From Cytophagales bacterium (lineage in GTDB: Bacteria > Bacteroidota > Bacteroidia > Cytophagales > JAAEPT01), in contig WTJX01000555.1 of NCBI GenBank assembly GCA_011524675.1, positions 3,034-51,859 of the forward strand: a stretch of DNA of 48,826 nucleotides. The letters run 5' to 3'. A program made the translations under genes and the position numbers. Positions 25,610 to 37,500 of this stretch are shown piece after piece. The notes below the pieces were generated by a model, which saw nothing but the letters and a program-made list of their open reading frames with translations, was not told where the DNA came from and did not search any database. Position 1 is the first letter of the stretch, and each line of letters begins with the position of its first letter.

Positions 25610-27337
25610 ATGGCAACAGAAACTACATATTATTTAAATGGCCCTGATTTAAGCAGCTCAACAGCTGTTTATGCAGATGCTGATATGAATCAATGTGCAC
25701 CAGATGGATTTTATTCCAATGGCTCTATTGTTCGTGAACAAGTTAATTGCGTGCTTTTGCCTCAGCAAAATTGCCCATCGTGCGCTGTGCCTTGTGGGGA
25801 TATCGCAGGTTTTTCGGATACTGGTGTTAATGGTACTTTCTTAGCTCAAGTCGGTGTCGGAGCTGACCTTGGAGCTGTTATTATTTACTCTGTAGTTGGT
25901 AATTCAATTCCTGATGGAGTGTTGGTAACATTTGATGGACAGACATTTAATCAGCTAACTTTCCAAGGTAACAATGGAGACCCTATAGGTTTAAATAGCA
26001 CGCCTGGTGAGCCAACCTATTATGGGAGTAACATAAACACTCCTGTAACTACACCTGATTTACCTGTATATACTATACAAACTGATGGTAGTTACATACA
26101 AAGTAACCTGCCAAATCAAGCTGTTAATGTTAATTCAAATAACGTAGACTTGAGAGGTGGAGGAGGAGCAACTGTTTACACTCAGGTAATTCCAAAGGGC
26201 ACTGCTGTATCTACAATGAACATAGATTACTTTGGCCCAATACAAGGTACATTTTTTCAATATGAAGCTTTTTGTCCAGGCCCATTAGCTCCGTTTCAAG
26301 GTTCGGCTGTAAGAAACGATACTGATTGCGATAGTGTAGTAAACAATTATTTTTATGCGCCAAATGCAACTGCTACATTTGACCCTAATACTGGACTTGT
26401 CACTTCTTTTAATCCTGACACAAACACTTTACCTGAAGTCGGAAACTATGTTTTCTTTGATGATACTGGAGCAGGCGCAATCAACCCTTCAGCAACACCT
26501 CAGTTTGTTATTTTAAATAACAGCACATATATTGAAATAGTACATGGCATAGTCGTTAGCACAGGAGCTTGTACTAACCCACCTTTACCATGTGCTGGAA
26601 ATCTAAATCCGCCACAAGGTCAACAAGGTCATTATACGATTGAATTAGATGCTGGTTCTACAGTAAATGACACTGGTGCAGTTATTATATATTTTGACCC
26701 AATAGGAGTGCCTGATGGAATAAGAGTTGAATATGATGGCGTTTATTACAACACACTATCTACTCCAGGGTTAGGCTACCGAGAAAGCCAATCCAGTGAC
26801 CCTGCTGCGTTTACACTTTTAGGAGACCCCAATGACAATTGCTGGCAACCGCGAATAGGAACATTTAGTTACACCAGAAGTATTTTAACGCCACAAAATA
26901 CATGGGGGCCTAATACTCCAAACAGTGGAAACTACACTCTTAGCGGTGCAGACAATCAAACAAACGCATTGACTATGAGCGTAGATAATATGATGGTAAT
27001 ACCAAAGCCAAATGCTACGCCAAATATTGTTACTATTGAAGTTTTAGGGCCATGCCCAACTGGATGGAATATACAGGTAAATTGTCCTGCACACTTACCA
27101 TCATTTAACTCTACAGTAGGGCAAGGTGATAGTACGTGCTCAACAGATTTCACTCAGCAATTTTTCTTTGCTCAGTTTAATGGCGTTCAAAACACCTACC
27201 CTGAACTTCATAATTTTGTATTTGAAGACCAGGATGGTGTAACACCGCTGCCTCAAGGATTTTATATTATGGATAACAATGATTTCATTGAAGTGAGCTC
27301 AAATGGTATTGTAATAGCAACTGGAAACTGTACGTAA
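25610..27337 (+). CDS. Cys-rich virion protein with an internal two-fold domain duplication
   Basis: The track gives TTG 25589; ATG 25610 lies 2 nt after the upstream stop. Repeated modules: GAVIIYSVVGNSIPDGVLVTFDGQTFNQLT vs GAVIIYFDPIGVPDGIRVEYDGVYYNTLS, and PQFVILNNSTYIEIVHGIVVSTGACT vs PQGFYIMDNNDFIEVSSNGIVIATGNCT. Confidence 0.6.
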   Translation: MATETTYYLNGPDLSSSTAVYADADMNQCAPDGFYSNGSIVREQVNCVLLPQQNCPSCAVPCGDIAGFSDTGVNGTFLAQVGVGADLGAVIIYSVVGNSIPDGVLVTFDGQTFNQLTFQGNNGDPIGLNSTPGEPTYYGSNINTPVTTPDLPVYTIQTDGSYIQSNLPNQAVNVNSNNVDLRGGGGATVYTQVIPKGTAVSTMNIDYFGPIQGTFFQYEAFCPGPLAPFQGSAVRNDTDCDSVVNNYFYAPNATATFDPNTGLVTSFNPDTNTLPEVGNYVFFDDTGAGAINPSATPQFVILNNSTYIEIVHGIVVSTGACTNPPLPCAGNLNPPQGQQGHYTIELDAGSTVNDTGAVIIYFDPIGVPDGIRVEYDGVYYNTLSTPGLGYRESQSSDPAAFTLLGDPNDNCWQPRIGTFSYTRSILTPQNTWGPNTPNSGNYTLSGADNQTNALTMSVDNMMVIPKPNATPNIVTIEVLGPCPTGWNIQVNCPAHLPSFNSTVGQGDSTCSTDFTQQFFFAQFNGVQNTYPELHNFVFEDQDGVTPLPQGFYIMDNNDFIEVSSNGIVIATGNCT

Positions 27338-27347
27338 AAAATATAAT

Positions 27348-28151
27348 ATGTCAAATATAACCTTAACATACAGCGAAAACTCAAAAGGATGGCCTTCTTT
27401 TTATAGTTATTATCCTGATTACATTCAGGGTATGAACCAATTTTTGTATACATTTAAAGGTGGCAACTTGTATAAACACAACTCTGACAAAGTAGATAGA
27501 AATAACTTTTATGGAGTTCAATACAACTCTACAATAACCAGTGTGTTTAACGAGTCTCCTCTTGATAATAAAAAATTTAAGACTCTTGCTCTTGAAAGCG
27601 ATGATAGTTGGGCAGCTGAACTTGAAACTGATTTGCAAACAAACGGATTTATAGATAAAAATTATTTTGCTCAAAAAGAATCTGACTGGTTTGCGTTTGT
27701 AAGAAATAACAGCACAAATCCAGCTGGCGCTAATCAATTTGCTTTACGTTCTTTAACTGGTATTGGAAACAGTGCAAGCGCGCAAAACGATGCAACTACG
27801 GCTACAATAACTTTTAATTTAGATTTAGGTTCTATTATATCTGTTGGAGACCAATTATTTTTTGCAGACAACACACCTCCAGTAACCACATTAACACCTC
27901 AGTTTTGTGGACAAATTACTTCTGTTACATATAACAAAGCTACAAATGTTTCGACTGTAGTGGTTGACAACCAAGCTCAAGGTGCTATCCCTATACCAGC
28001 GCAAGATTTTTATTTTCTATATATTAAAAATCCAGTTGCCGAATCTCAAGGTGTGCTTGGTCACTACTGTTTATTTAAGCTTACTAATGACAATACTGCA
28101 GCCACAGAGCTGTTTGCAGTCAAATCAGAGGCTTTCAAAAGTTATCCTTAA
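27348..28151 (+). CDS. virion structural protein (by position)
   Basis: 267-aa ORF. The antisense 27381..27737 ORF is judged a shadow. Confidence 0.55.
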   Translation: MSNITLTYSENSKGWPSFYSYYPDYIQGMNQFLYTFKGGNLYKHNSDKVDRNNFYGVQYNSTITSVFNESPLDNKKFKTLALESDDSWAAELETDLQTNGFIDKNYFAQKESDWFAFVRNNSTNPAGANQFALRSLTGIGNSASAQNDATTATITFNLDLGSIISVGDQLFFADNTPPVTTLTPQFCGQITSVTYNKATNVSTVVVDNQAQGAIPIPAQDFYFLYIKNPVAESQGVLGHYCLFKLTNDNTAATELFAVKSEAFKSYP

Positions 28152-28157
28152 AATTCT

Positions 28158-28165
28158 TATCTTTG
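28158..28165 (+). promoter_or_regulatory. Bacteroidota-type -7 promoter box (TATCTTTG) within the 19-nt cassette repeated at 3702
   Basis: TAAAATTCTTATCTTTGTA at 28149-28167, 9 nt before ATG 28175. Confidence 0.55.
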
Positions 28166-28174
28166 TAGAAAAGT

Positions 28175-28699
28175 ATGGGTATATTAAGTATATTCAAAAG
28201 GAAAAAAGAAAAACCTGAAGATGTACTGCAATATGTTCACCAAAATAGAGGGGTGTTGTGGGAAAATATTAGTGTCTTCAAAGACACTATATTACAACAC
28301 AAAGAAGGTGTAAAGCATCACACCTCTGAAATGGAAGAGCTTATGCCTGTCAAGCATCATCTACAAGATGGTTTATATACCAGAGAGATATTGATGCCTA
28401 AAGGTGCTTTAGTGGTTAGTTATATTCATAAGCAAAACCACCCCTCATTTTTTCTAAAAGGAGAAATGTCGGTACTTTTAGATACAGGTGAGGTAAAAAG
28501 AATAAAAGCGCCTATGAAGGTGATGACTGAAATCGGCACACAAAGAGTAGCATATATGCACGAAGATTGCACTTGGGTTTGTGTTTACAGGACAGATGCA
28601 AAAAATATTAAAGATGCTGAAGTGGATGTTTATACGGAAGACTATAGAGATTTACCAGAGCATATAATTGTAAATAAAACATTATTATGTCAGGAGTAA
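28175..28699 (+). CDS. hypothetical protein; tentative cupin-like beta-barrel
   Basis: 174 aa. 'HHLQDGLYTREILMPKGALVVSYIHKQNHPSFFLKGEMSVLLDTGE...APMKVMTEIGTQRVAYMHEDCTWVCVY' resembles a small jelly-roll protein family I associate with marine podophages. Unverified. Confidence 0.5.
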   Translation: MGILSIFKRKKEKPEDVLQYVHQNRGVLWENISVFKDTILQHKEGVKHHTSEMEELMPVKHHLQDGLYTREILMPKGALVVSYIHKQNHPSFFLKGEMSVLLDTGEVKRIKAPMKVMTEIGTQRVAYMHEDCTWVCVYRTDAKNIKDAEVDVYTEDYRDLPEHIIVNKTLLCQE

Positions 28700-29604
28700 T
28701 AGCAGGCTTAGTGTTATCAGCAGGCGCAACAACTTTTAGCTTTATACAAGCAGGCAAACAAAGAAGGCTTGAAGAAGATGCCGCAAGAAAAGCTGAAGAT
28801 GCTATGCGAGACATTGAAAAAGAGCTTACAAAAAATGAGTATGAATCTATGGCTATCCAGAAAGAGCCATACGAAATAGCTCAGGATACTTTAAAAACAA
28901 ACGTACAATCTCAAATAAATGCACTTCAAGAGGGAGACCAGCGCGGAGTCATGGCAGGCGCAAACCGATTGAATCAAGCTGCTTTGCAAGCTGCAGCAGA
29001 ACAGCGAACATCAATGGGTAAAGATTTATTCGAGTTGGAAAAATTAACAGCAGATGAAGATACTCGGAAATCAGACATCAAATCTCAATTAGCTTTAGGT
29101 GAAATACAAGGCGCTCAGAAAGCCATGGCTGATGCAGAACAAAGACGTAGTCAATATTTACAGCAAGGAGCAATGGGAGTTGCTAATTTAGCTGTGCAAG
29201 GAGTGAGCGCAATACCTGACTTTAAAAAATCAGCAGCTGCAAGAGATGTTAGTCAAATGGAAAGAAATTTCCGCCAGCAACAAAGGCAAGATTTCTTAGC
29301 TGGAGGAGGTACAAGAAAAGAATTTAGACAAACCTATGACCCAGCATCTTTTGGTCAACAAATTGGTAAAATGACATTTACACCAGAAATGTTTGATGAA
29401 TTTGGAATGATTGGTCAATCAGGTGGTTTAGGAGTTGGGCAATTTAGTGATTTAGATTTGGCAGCTTTTTCTTCTATGACACCACAACAAGTTCAATTGG
29501 CTCTTCTACAAATGACTCCTTCTCAAAGAAATATGATTCAGCAATCTTTATCGGCAGGAACAAACTTGTATGGAGTTCCTCGTATAAATGAATTTAAAAG
29601 ATAA
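28687..29604 (+). CDS. internal virion / ejection-type protein (N-terminal TM segment, Gln-rich coiled coil)
   Basis: 305 aa. N-terminal VIAGLVLSAGATTFSFIQAG, then a Q/A/E-rich helical region. Position is analogous to T7 gp14. Confidence 0.5.
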   Translation: MSGVIAGLVLSAGATTFSFIQAGKQRRLEEDAARKAEDAMRDIEKELTKNEYESMAIQKEPYEIAQDTLKTNVQSQINALQEGDQRGVMAGANRLNQAALQAAAEQRTSMGKDLFELEKLTADEDTRKSDIKSQLALGEIQGAQKAMADAEQRRSQYLQQGAMGVANLAVQGVSAIPDFKKSAAARDVSQMERNFRQQQRQDFLAGGGTRKEFRQTYDPASFGQQIGKMTFTPEMFDEFGMIGQSGGLGVGQFSDLDLAAFSSMTPQQVQLALLQMTPSQRNMIQQSLSAGTNLYGVPRINEFKR

Positions 29605-31526
29605 TGTCTACATATTACGGATACATAGAGAGAGATGCGGATACTGGAATAAACTGGCAAGAGATTAGTGAAAATGTAACTACTAAACTCAAAGAAGCTG
29701 GAGAGGCCAGAGAAGCTCGTAAGAAAAAATTTTTTGATGCGTCTTCTGAATATCAGAAAGTACTAAATAACGCACCATCAGGAGACTATGCAAGTGCTAA
29801 TCAGTTTGCTTTGGAACACGCAGAGCAGGCACAGCAAGCCAGACTTTTACAAGATAGACTTTTACAAGAAGGTTTATTATCAACTAAAGCCTATACAGTA
29901 CAGCGTCAAAACCTTACTGACGGAACAAAACAACTCTTTGACTTATCAAAAGAGTATCAAGAAGAATATTCTGCTAAAATTGAAAGGTCTAAAAACGGAG
30001 AGGCTCAAGAGTTAGAAGGTTGGCTAATGAGTCAGATTGAAGGATTAGCTAATTTAAGAAACACAGGCTCTTATATTAACCCAGAAACTGGCGCTGTGAG
30101 CATAGGTAAAATGGTAGAGGTCGATGGCATAAGGCAGTTAAGTAAAGACCCTAACGACTTTCTTACAGTAAATCAATTAAGAAATAGACAGAAACAACAA
30201 TATGATGTTTTCAAAGTAGGAGCGACTATGGAAGCTGAAGCTGATAGATTAGGTAGCTTTATCACTTCTGTTAGACAAGCTGGAGGGCCAGAATATGCTG
30301 GTCAAATTACAAAGATGCTTGACGCTACGTTAAGAGGTAAATTAACAGAAGACCAAAAAAACGCAGTTGATAACTTTGAGAAGATGGAACAAGATATGAT
30401 TAATTCATATATTGAAGCTAATCCATTGAACGCTTTATCTGTTCTTACTAACTACGTAACTATAAATCCTGACACTGGAAAGCGTTACGAATTAACTTTT
30501 GATAAGAACAAAGCGTACACAGATGACAATTTTATACTTGTTCAAGATGATGGTTCAGGAAGTATAACTCCAGACCTTTCGCCTAAGCAAAAGGAAGTTG
30601 CCTTCAAAGCAGTTCAAACCAATTTTAGAAACCAGATAGACAAGGAGGAAACAGTATCAACTTACAATGAGCCACAGAAATCTGCAACAACTGAAGCGTC
30701 TGACAAAGCTAAAAAGCTTGAAGAAACATCACTAAGCTCTTGGAATGATATTGCATACGGAACACCTGAGGAAAAGGTTACAGCCATTAATAACTTGCTT
30801 GGTAGTGAAAAAGCTCAACAAAGTGGACTAATTGCTATTGACACTACATCTCCAGGGGTTATTGATTTTGTTTATTCGGATGAAACTAAAAACCGAACGA
30901 TTAACTATGACCCTAACAATATAACAATTACTGAATGGGCACAGCTTGGAAACGAAGTGCATGGTATTGACGATGTAAGCACAGTGTTACAGCGTGCAGG
31001 TGGTGTAAGATTTGTAGAGGATGCAAATGGCAACAGAGTTCCAGCTCCATTAGATTTCTCAGCTGAATCAATGCAAGACGTGTTTGCGACTCGTACAGGT
31101 AAAATAGAAACAGAAACATCTACCGCTGCTTACACCAGAATGTTAGAAGAGGGCATACCAGATGTTGATTTCTCACAAGAGGCAGAGCCATCTGAAGCAG
31201 TTGAAACGTATTTTAAAAATAATCCTCCACCATTTGGAGTTGAAATTAATGACGTTGCAGATATGGCAAACAGTACAGTTAAAGTATTTGTAACTAATAA
31301 AGACGGAAGACGAGTGTCCAAAAAGTTTGATGTTACCGCTCCAGGAGCTATGCAAGAAATAAGAGATTATATATTGTCAACACAAGATAAAGAGTCTATT
31401 GCTTTGAATCCAGCTCTTCAAAGACAAAACATTTCATTCACACCTCGTTCACGCCAACAAGTGAGCCAAGGAGGGGGAGTAAATGCAAATCCAAATGTCG
31501 TAGACACATCTCGTTATAACAAATAA
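29604..31526 (+). CDS. internal virion / ejection-type protein (by position)
   Basis: 640 aa. Its ATG overlaps the upstream TAA. Charged helical N-half. Position is analogous to T7 gp15. Confidence 0.5.
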   Translation: MSTYYGYIERDADTGINWQEISENVTTKLKEAGEAREARKKKFFDASSEYQKVLNNAPSGDYASANQFALEHAEQAQQARLLQDRLLQEGLLSTKAYTVQRQNLTDGTKQLFDLSKEYQEEYSAKIERSKNGEAQELEGWLMSQIEGLANLRNTGSYINPETGAVSIGKMVEVDGIRQLSKDPNDFLTVNQLRNRQKQQYDVFKVGATMEAEADRLGSFITSVRQAGGPEYAGQITKMLDATLRGKLTEDQKNAVDNFEKMEQDMINSYIEANPLNALSVLTNYVTINPDTGKRYELTFDKNKAYTDDNFILVQDDGSGSITPDLSPKQKEVAFKAVQTNFRNQIDKEETVSTYNEPQKSATTEASDKAKKLEETSLSSWNDIAYGTPEEKVTAINNLLGSEKAQQSGLIAIDTTSPGVIDFVYSDETKNRTINYDPNNITITEWAQLGNEVHGIDDVSTVLQRAGGVRFVEDANGNRVPAPLDFSAESMQDVFATRTGKIETETSTAAYTRMLEEGIPDVDFSQEAEPSEAVETYFKNNPPPFGVEINDVADMANSTVKVFVTNKDGRRVSKKFDVTAPGAMQEIRDYILSTQDKESIALNPALQRQNISFTPRSRQQVSQGGGVNANPNVVDTSRYNK

Positions 31527-31528
31527 TT

Positions 31529-34500
31529 ATGAACGAACAAGCTTTTATTGATGCTTACAATATGTTTCTCCAAGGAGGATACAGAGGTTCTCGCGATGAG
31601 TTTAAAGAGCTCTTAGCTGGAAACCCTGATGCTCTAAATGACTCATTTGAAATGTTTAAACAAGGTGGCTTCAACGGAACAATTGAGGACTATCAAACCT
31701 TGATAGGCATTACCGCAGTAAAAAAAAAAGACGAACCAGATATGGTTTCAGGTTTGGAAACTGGTTTGTTGGACTCGTCAGAGCGTGAACAAATACTTCA
31801 AGCCGAACCACCCCAGGTTGCTATTGATGCCACAGAAGTAGGTCAACAAAAGTTTATATCTCCTATAGAAGCTGCGGAAGCGACTGCTCGAAGAGAAGAG
31901 TTTGAAGCTGACAGAGCTGTTAAAATGCAACAATTCCAGGAGCAAGAACAAGAAAAGGCTGAAGCTGCTGAACTGGAAAGAAAAAAACAATCTGAAATAC
32001 TTTTACAAGACCCTGAGTTTGCTTTAGCTGTTTCAAATTTAGATGCTAAACTTATAGCAAAGGAAGAAGAGGATGTTGTTCCTTTCATGATAGACAACTT
32101 TCAAAAGTATGGATTTACTTTTGAAGAGGCAGGTTTAGGAGACGCTATGCTTGTAACCACTTCGGATGGTAAGAACACTATAAGCATAGACCTTGACCCT
32201 TTTACATCAAAGACCGAAGTGCTTGAATCTCAAAAGCTAAAAGACTTCATAAGCGAGCACGCTTTATCTCCAAAAGAAAAAACAGCTGAGGAAAGTCTAA
32301 ATGAAAAAGCTATGCGTGCACAGCAAATGCGCAAGTTTGCTCGCGTTAATCCAGATGGTTCTCGGTCTACAGTTTTGTTTACTTCATTTGAAGAAGATGG
32401 TAAGTACAAAGTAATCCCTACATTGTTTCCTAAAGACCCAAACTTCTATGGCTCTGCTGCAAACACGTGGCAAGAGTTAGGGTTTGATGACGCTAAATTG
32501 TTAGCGGAAGAAAGAGGGGAAGTGTTTGAGTTTGATACGCAAGAAGAAGCAGAAGAGTTTGCTCAAGGTTCGTGGAAAGATAGACACTCATCGCATGCCT
32601 TAGGTCAAGTTATCTATGCAGAGGAAGGTTTAGATTTCGCAGAAGAGAATAAAATTTATCAAAACTATTTAAAGGTAAGAGATAAAATTGATTTTATTGA
32701 AGGGGAGTTGGCTGAGTTTGGAGCAGAGTATCTAAAAGACCTAACGGAAGAAGAGCGTAAAAAATACAGCAATCTCTATGTGGATGGTATCATGCGTGAT
32801 GACATACAACAAGTTCTTACTGACTTGAAACAGCAAGAGCAAAATCTTTTTGATGTTGTTATGGATGATGATAAGATTAGACTGAGAGAATCTTTGGACG
32901 TAGAGTTAGAAAAAGAATATCAAAAGGTAGCGCAAGTAGCCGCACAAACAAATGCTCAGGCAGAGTTCTTTTTAGATAATTTGCAATTGCAATCTCTTAC
33001 AACCTTTGGAGTTAAGCTTGAAGATTTAAACTCAATAAAACCTCAGACTGAAGCTGAAGCAGATTTAATTGATGGACTCAAGGTTGCGTACAGAGAGGCT
33101 CAAGCTACAAAAACTAATGCTGCTCAAAAGTATGAGCAAGCTTTAACATTTTATGATGCCAAGCATGACCAAACAATAACTGATGAGTTTACAGATAACT
33201 TTACATCGGTTATTCAAGAGTTTCAAAAAGGACTTAACAATGGAAATGCAGGTGAGGTTTTGTTGCAACTATCAACTGGTTTACCATTTGACTTTTCCAC
33301 TTTAGATGTCAATGACCCAGAAGATATAAAGAAAGCTGCACAAATGATAGCTACATTCAAGGGTAAGAATATAAACTACAAAGACTCTCGAATTATGTCC
33401 AGGTGGAATAGAGCTAAAGGTTTAAAAGAAACCATGAAAGTTTTTGCAGATGACCCTGCAGAGTTAGCACTTACACTTGCTGCTAACAGCATTGGTCAGA
33501 TGTTGCCGTATGGATTTGAAATAATAACTGGAAGCACTGTGGCTGGCGCTGGTATAGGAACAGCTATTGCACCAGGCCCAGGAACAGTAAAAGGAGCTAC
33601 TCGTGGATTTAGAGTTGGATTTGCTGCAACATCTTTAGCATTAGAATATACCAATGCTTTTTTTGAAGCTATGCAGAAAAAAGGACTTAATCCTTTAGAC
33701 CCTGAAGACAATGTGGCAGCCATTAATGACCCTGAGATATGGGAGATAGCTAAAGAGCGTGGAATGAAACGTGGTATCCCTATCGCTGTAGTAGATTACC
33801 TTAGCGCAGGACTCGCTGGTCGTGTCTTTAAAGTTAGCAGTATGGCTGGCAGAGGTACGCGTTTTACAGCATTTGCCGCTGAGCGTTCACTGATTGACCC
33901 TGTTACAGAAGGCTTAGGTGAAACATTAGCACAGGTAAACGTAGGTGATGAGATAAATGTAAAGGATATTTTAGCAGAATCAATAGGTGGGTTTGGAAAC
34001 AACACCTCTCACATGGCTGTTAATTTATTTGTAGATAGCAGAAAGCTTAGTAACATAGAGCTTGCAGATACATTCACCGACATACCATTGCTTTTGGAGG
34101 CAAGAGGAACTAACACACAGATATCAAAGTGGTCTAATAACATGGAGAGACTTGGTCAAATTGACCAAGATGTTAATCAAAGGATACAAAAAAACTTAGG
34201 TTTATCTAAAGACGCTGATAACTTACTACAGTTAGGAGTGGGCAAAAACACACCAGCAAACAAAGCTTTGAAGGCAAGAGTTATGCAACTATTAGCAGCC
34301 AAAGAAGAATACACTGCAACGCCAAACAGAAAAGCTGTATTTGGTAAAAAGGTAGCAGACATTAACTTTGAACTTGCTTTCATTACTGAAAACAAAAAAC
34401 AACTACCACCAGGTCAACGAACATTATTGGAAGGCTTAGTCGAGTCTACCCCTGAAGTTCGTCAGGATGTTGGAAGATACACAATAGATGGCAAGCGTGT

Positions 34501-37500
34501 AACACGTGCGCAGTTTATTAAATATATCAACGAAAAGAATCGCCCAACTCTTTTAGGTACGATGCTTACTGTTGATAATGACGATGAAACAACCAAACTT
34601 TTAGAAAATAAATTAGATGCCGTTCAAATCAGAGAAACAGAGGAGGTGGATGTACGCGAACAAACCAGAGATGGCCAAGAGGTGGGAACAGGAGTACCCC
34701 AACTCGAAACCGCGCAACCTCAGACCGCCCAAACGGAGGATAGTTCCGTAGGCCCAATAGTCGCAGTAGCTCCATTCTTTAACACCACAATAAATACAGT
34801 TGAAGAAGCAAACCAGTTACGTCAAGATAAAAACTATATTCAATACAAAGATAACCTTACAGGTATCGGTAATCAGCTTGGACTTACAGTTGAAGTGGAA
34901 GAAGGTATAGGTGGATACAAAAACGAAGCTGGACAAGAGATAATTGAAATCAGTAATCGTGTAGTTCTGCCTGACGCGACCTTGCAACAAGCAGAAGAAT
35001 ATGCAGCTATGGTCGCTGCATTAGCTCCTGAAACTCAAGAAAGCACTATCGCTGCACAATATGTACAGGACAATACTCAAGAGCAAAATGGCAATGAATA
35101 TGTCATACAAGTAAGTGACACACAAGCTGCTATGAACGCTCTGCAACAAGCAGGTATAACTGATTTTTCAATCAATGAATCTACTAATGAAGTTAGCTTC
35201 ATAGATATATTTGATTTTGCTGACCCTATGCTTCAGGATAAAATTGGTATATTTGCAGAGAACCTTAATAATAATAATGTTAATTATGAAATCAAAGACT
35301 ACCGACCAGTCCAGTCCAACTTCATCGACAAGGGAACTCGGAAAGAAATTATTGGACGAATTGCAAAAGAAAGGGCCGAGTCTCGACAGGGTGGGCAAGA
35401 CCTTTATAACTCGCTCGTCCAAGCGATAGAGAATGATGCTCGTTTCCAGGGCATTGATGTATCCGAGTACATAGACTTAGACCTTAACCAACTAAGGCAA
35501 ATATCAGAAGCTGCAAGTCAAGAGGTGCAAGACTTACAGCAAATCCTTGAGCCAGGCAGACCCATAGAAAGCACTCAAAGATTAACCTTAGAAATTGATG
35601 AAACAAAAGGTAGAAGAGGAATCAATCAGCGTGAGTTTTTTGTTGAAGCTGCTAACGAAAACTTAGATAACGCCAACAAGCTTAACTCATTTATCAACAA
35701 AGCTTTTCCTGGCGTTGTAATCAGCACAGACCAGCAAACATTTGATGAGATTGTTACATCACCGCAAGTACAAAAGTACAGCGTGGGAGAAGATATCGTT
35801 TATGGTATGACTGTGAATGGAGATATATATATTAATCCTCAAGTACACAATTCTCAATCACAACTATTTAACACGTCTATTCACGAGATGGGTCACGTGT
35901 GGATTAAGTTTTTAAAGACCACACCAAAAGGCCAGCAGATTTACAACCAAGGTAAAGAGCTGGTAAAACAAACCCCTTTATATCAAAGCCAGCTAAAAAA
36001 GTTTAAGAACAATGAGGAAAAAGCTGTAGACGAAACAATGGCTATTCTTATTGGAGACAAAGGGCAACAAATAGCAGACGCTTCATTAAAAAGCAAGTTC
36101 CAACAATGGCTTGCTGGTATGTGGAATTATATAAAAGCTCAGTTCAAAATGTCAAAAGATTTGACTGTGGATGAAATCCAAGACATGAATCTTGATGCGT
36201 TTGTGGGAACAGCTCTTGCCGATATCTTTTCAGGCAGAGAAATAAAATTGTCAGACCAACAACTTACACAATTAAAAGATGGGGATGTAGCTTTTAGCAC
36301 AGGCCAGTCTATGCAGTCTATCATAAACACAGGCAGAGAGAATGGAATAAGCGATGCGTCTATACGCGAAGTATTAATTGGAAGAGGGTTTAATCGTACC
36401 GACATCAATGAAGCCATGACAGTAAGAATTGATGAAGATATTACAATGCCATCTGAGTTTGGAAATGTGGAGGGTGGTGTAGAACAAGGCACTCAATTGT
36501 TCAATGAGGTTCGACAAGGTTTGACTGAGTTTACTACTGAAGAAACAACCATGGCAGACGTACGTCAAAAAGCTATGGACTTAATGAAAGAAAATGCAAT
36601 CTTTCAAGCACAGCCTGAACAGACTCAATTACAGCTTTTAAGCTCGTTTGACAGGACTTTAGGAACGCGAGCTAATCGAAACGTACAAAAAGAAATATCG
36701 TCCATTAGACAGTCTCTAAAAGACCGCAAAAAAGGCGAGACAAGTCTGCGTGATGCGCAAAATAGACTCAAAACATTTATTAGAAATAATTTACCACGTT
36801 CAAATACGTTTACCCAAGCGCAAATTAATAGATTAATTAATAGAGTCACTAACACCACAGAAGCAAAGCTATTAGCTGATGGTGAGTTTGTAATTAAAAT
36901 GGTTCAAGAACAGCAAGCTAAAATGAAAAAAGCTATGCTGAATGATATTTTAAAAGTGGTCAAGTCAAAAGCTCTCACAGGATTTACAAAGTCAGGGAAG
37001 AGAAGAGCTAAAGGATTGAGTAAAGAAGGCCAGTCTTATTTCAACTCTGCAAAGAAAGTCTTAAACGCTGCGCTTAAAAATGATGTGGAGGCAATGGAGG
37101 AGTTACGCAATAATATAGTGACGAATGAGCAAGTCATTACCGATATCCTTCAACGACAAAGAGCTGGAGAAACTATTACGACCAGAGAACAAAGTTTAGT
37201 GTTTGACGCATTGGCTTTTGATAATTTTGCAGACGTTATGAATATGGACTTGAATCAAGTTCAACAACTAATGAACAGGCTTCAACAAATAAGAGGCGAG
37301 TCTATCGCTACCTTCAAGTCCAGAAGAGCACAGCGTGTCGCTCAGTATGAAGCTCAAGCTAATGAAGTTACTGAGCAGATTAAAGAAACAAACCCTGAGC
37401 TTTTTGATGAGGACGGAAATGTTTTAGAGGCACAAGAGTTTAGTGCAAAAAGAAAACAATACTTGCAGAAGTTAAAAAAATTAGGCGTTGGTAAAGGTCT

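Noticed and set aside
27381-28218. A 118-aa minus-strand ORF (27381..27737) and an 84-aa plus-strand alternate-frame ORF (27964..28218) overlapping the 267-aa virion gene.
   Set aside because: The longer same-arm ORF 27348..28151 fits the operon packing and ends exactly at the conserved promoter cassette. The overlapping frames have low-complexity Ile/Lys/Phe-rich composition.
31720-31729. An A10 homopolymer near the 5' end of the giant ORF, as a possible slippage or phase-variation site.
   Set aside because: It encodes in-frame Lys codons (AVKKKDE). No alternative frame stays open beyond it and the ORF is intact, so it is probably just compositional.
36275-36289. 'KDGDV' in the giant ORF as a possible DxDGD-type RNA polymerase catalytic motif, as in crAss-like or N4-like virion RNA polymerases.
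   Set aside because: It is an isolated pentapeptide without the surrounding conserved double-psi beta-barrel or T7-like polymerase blocks. That is too weak to support a polymerase call.
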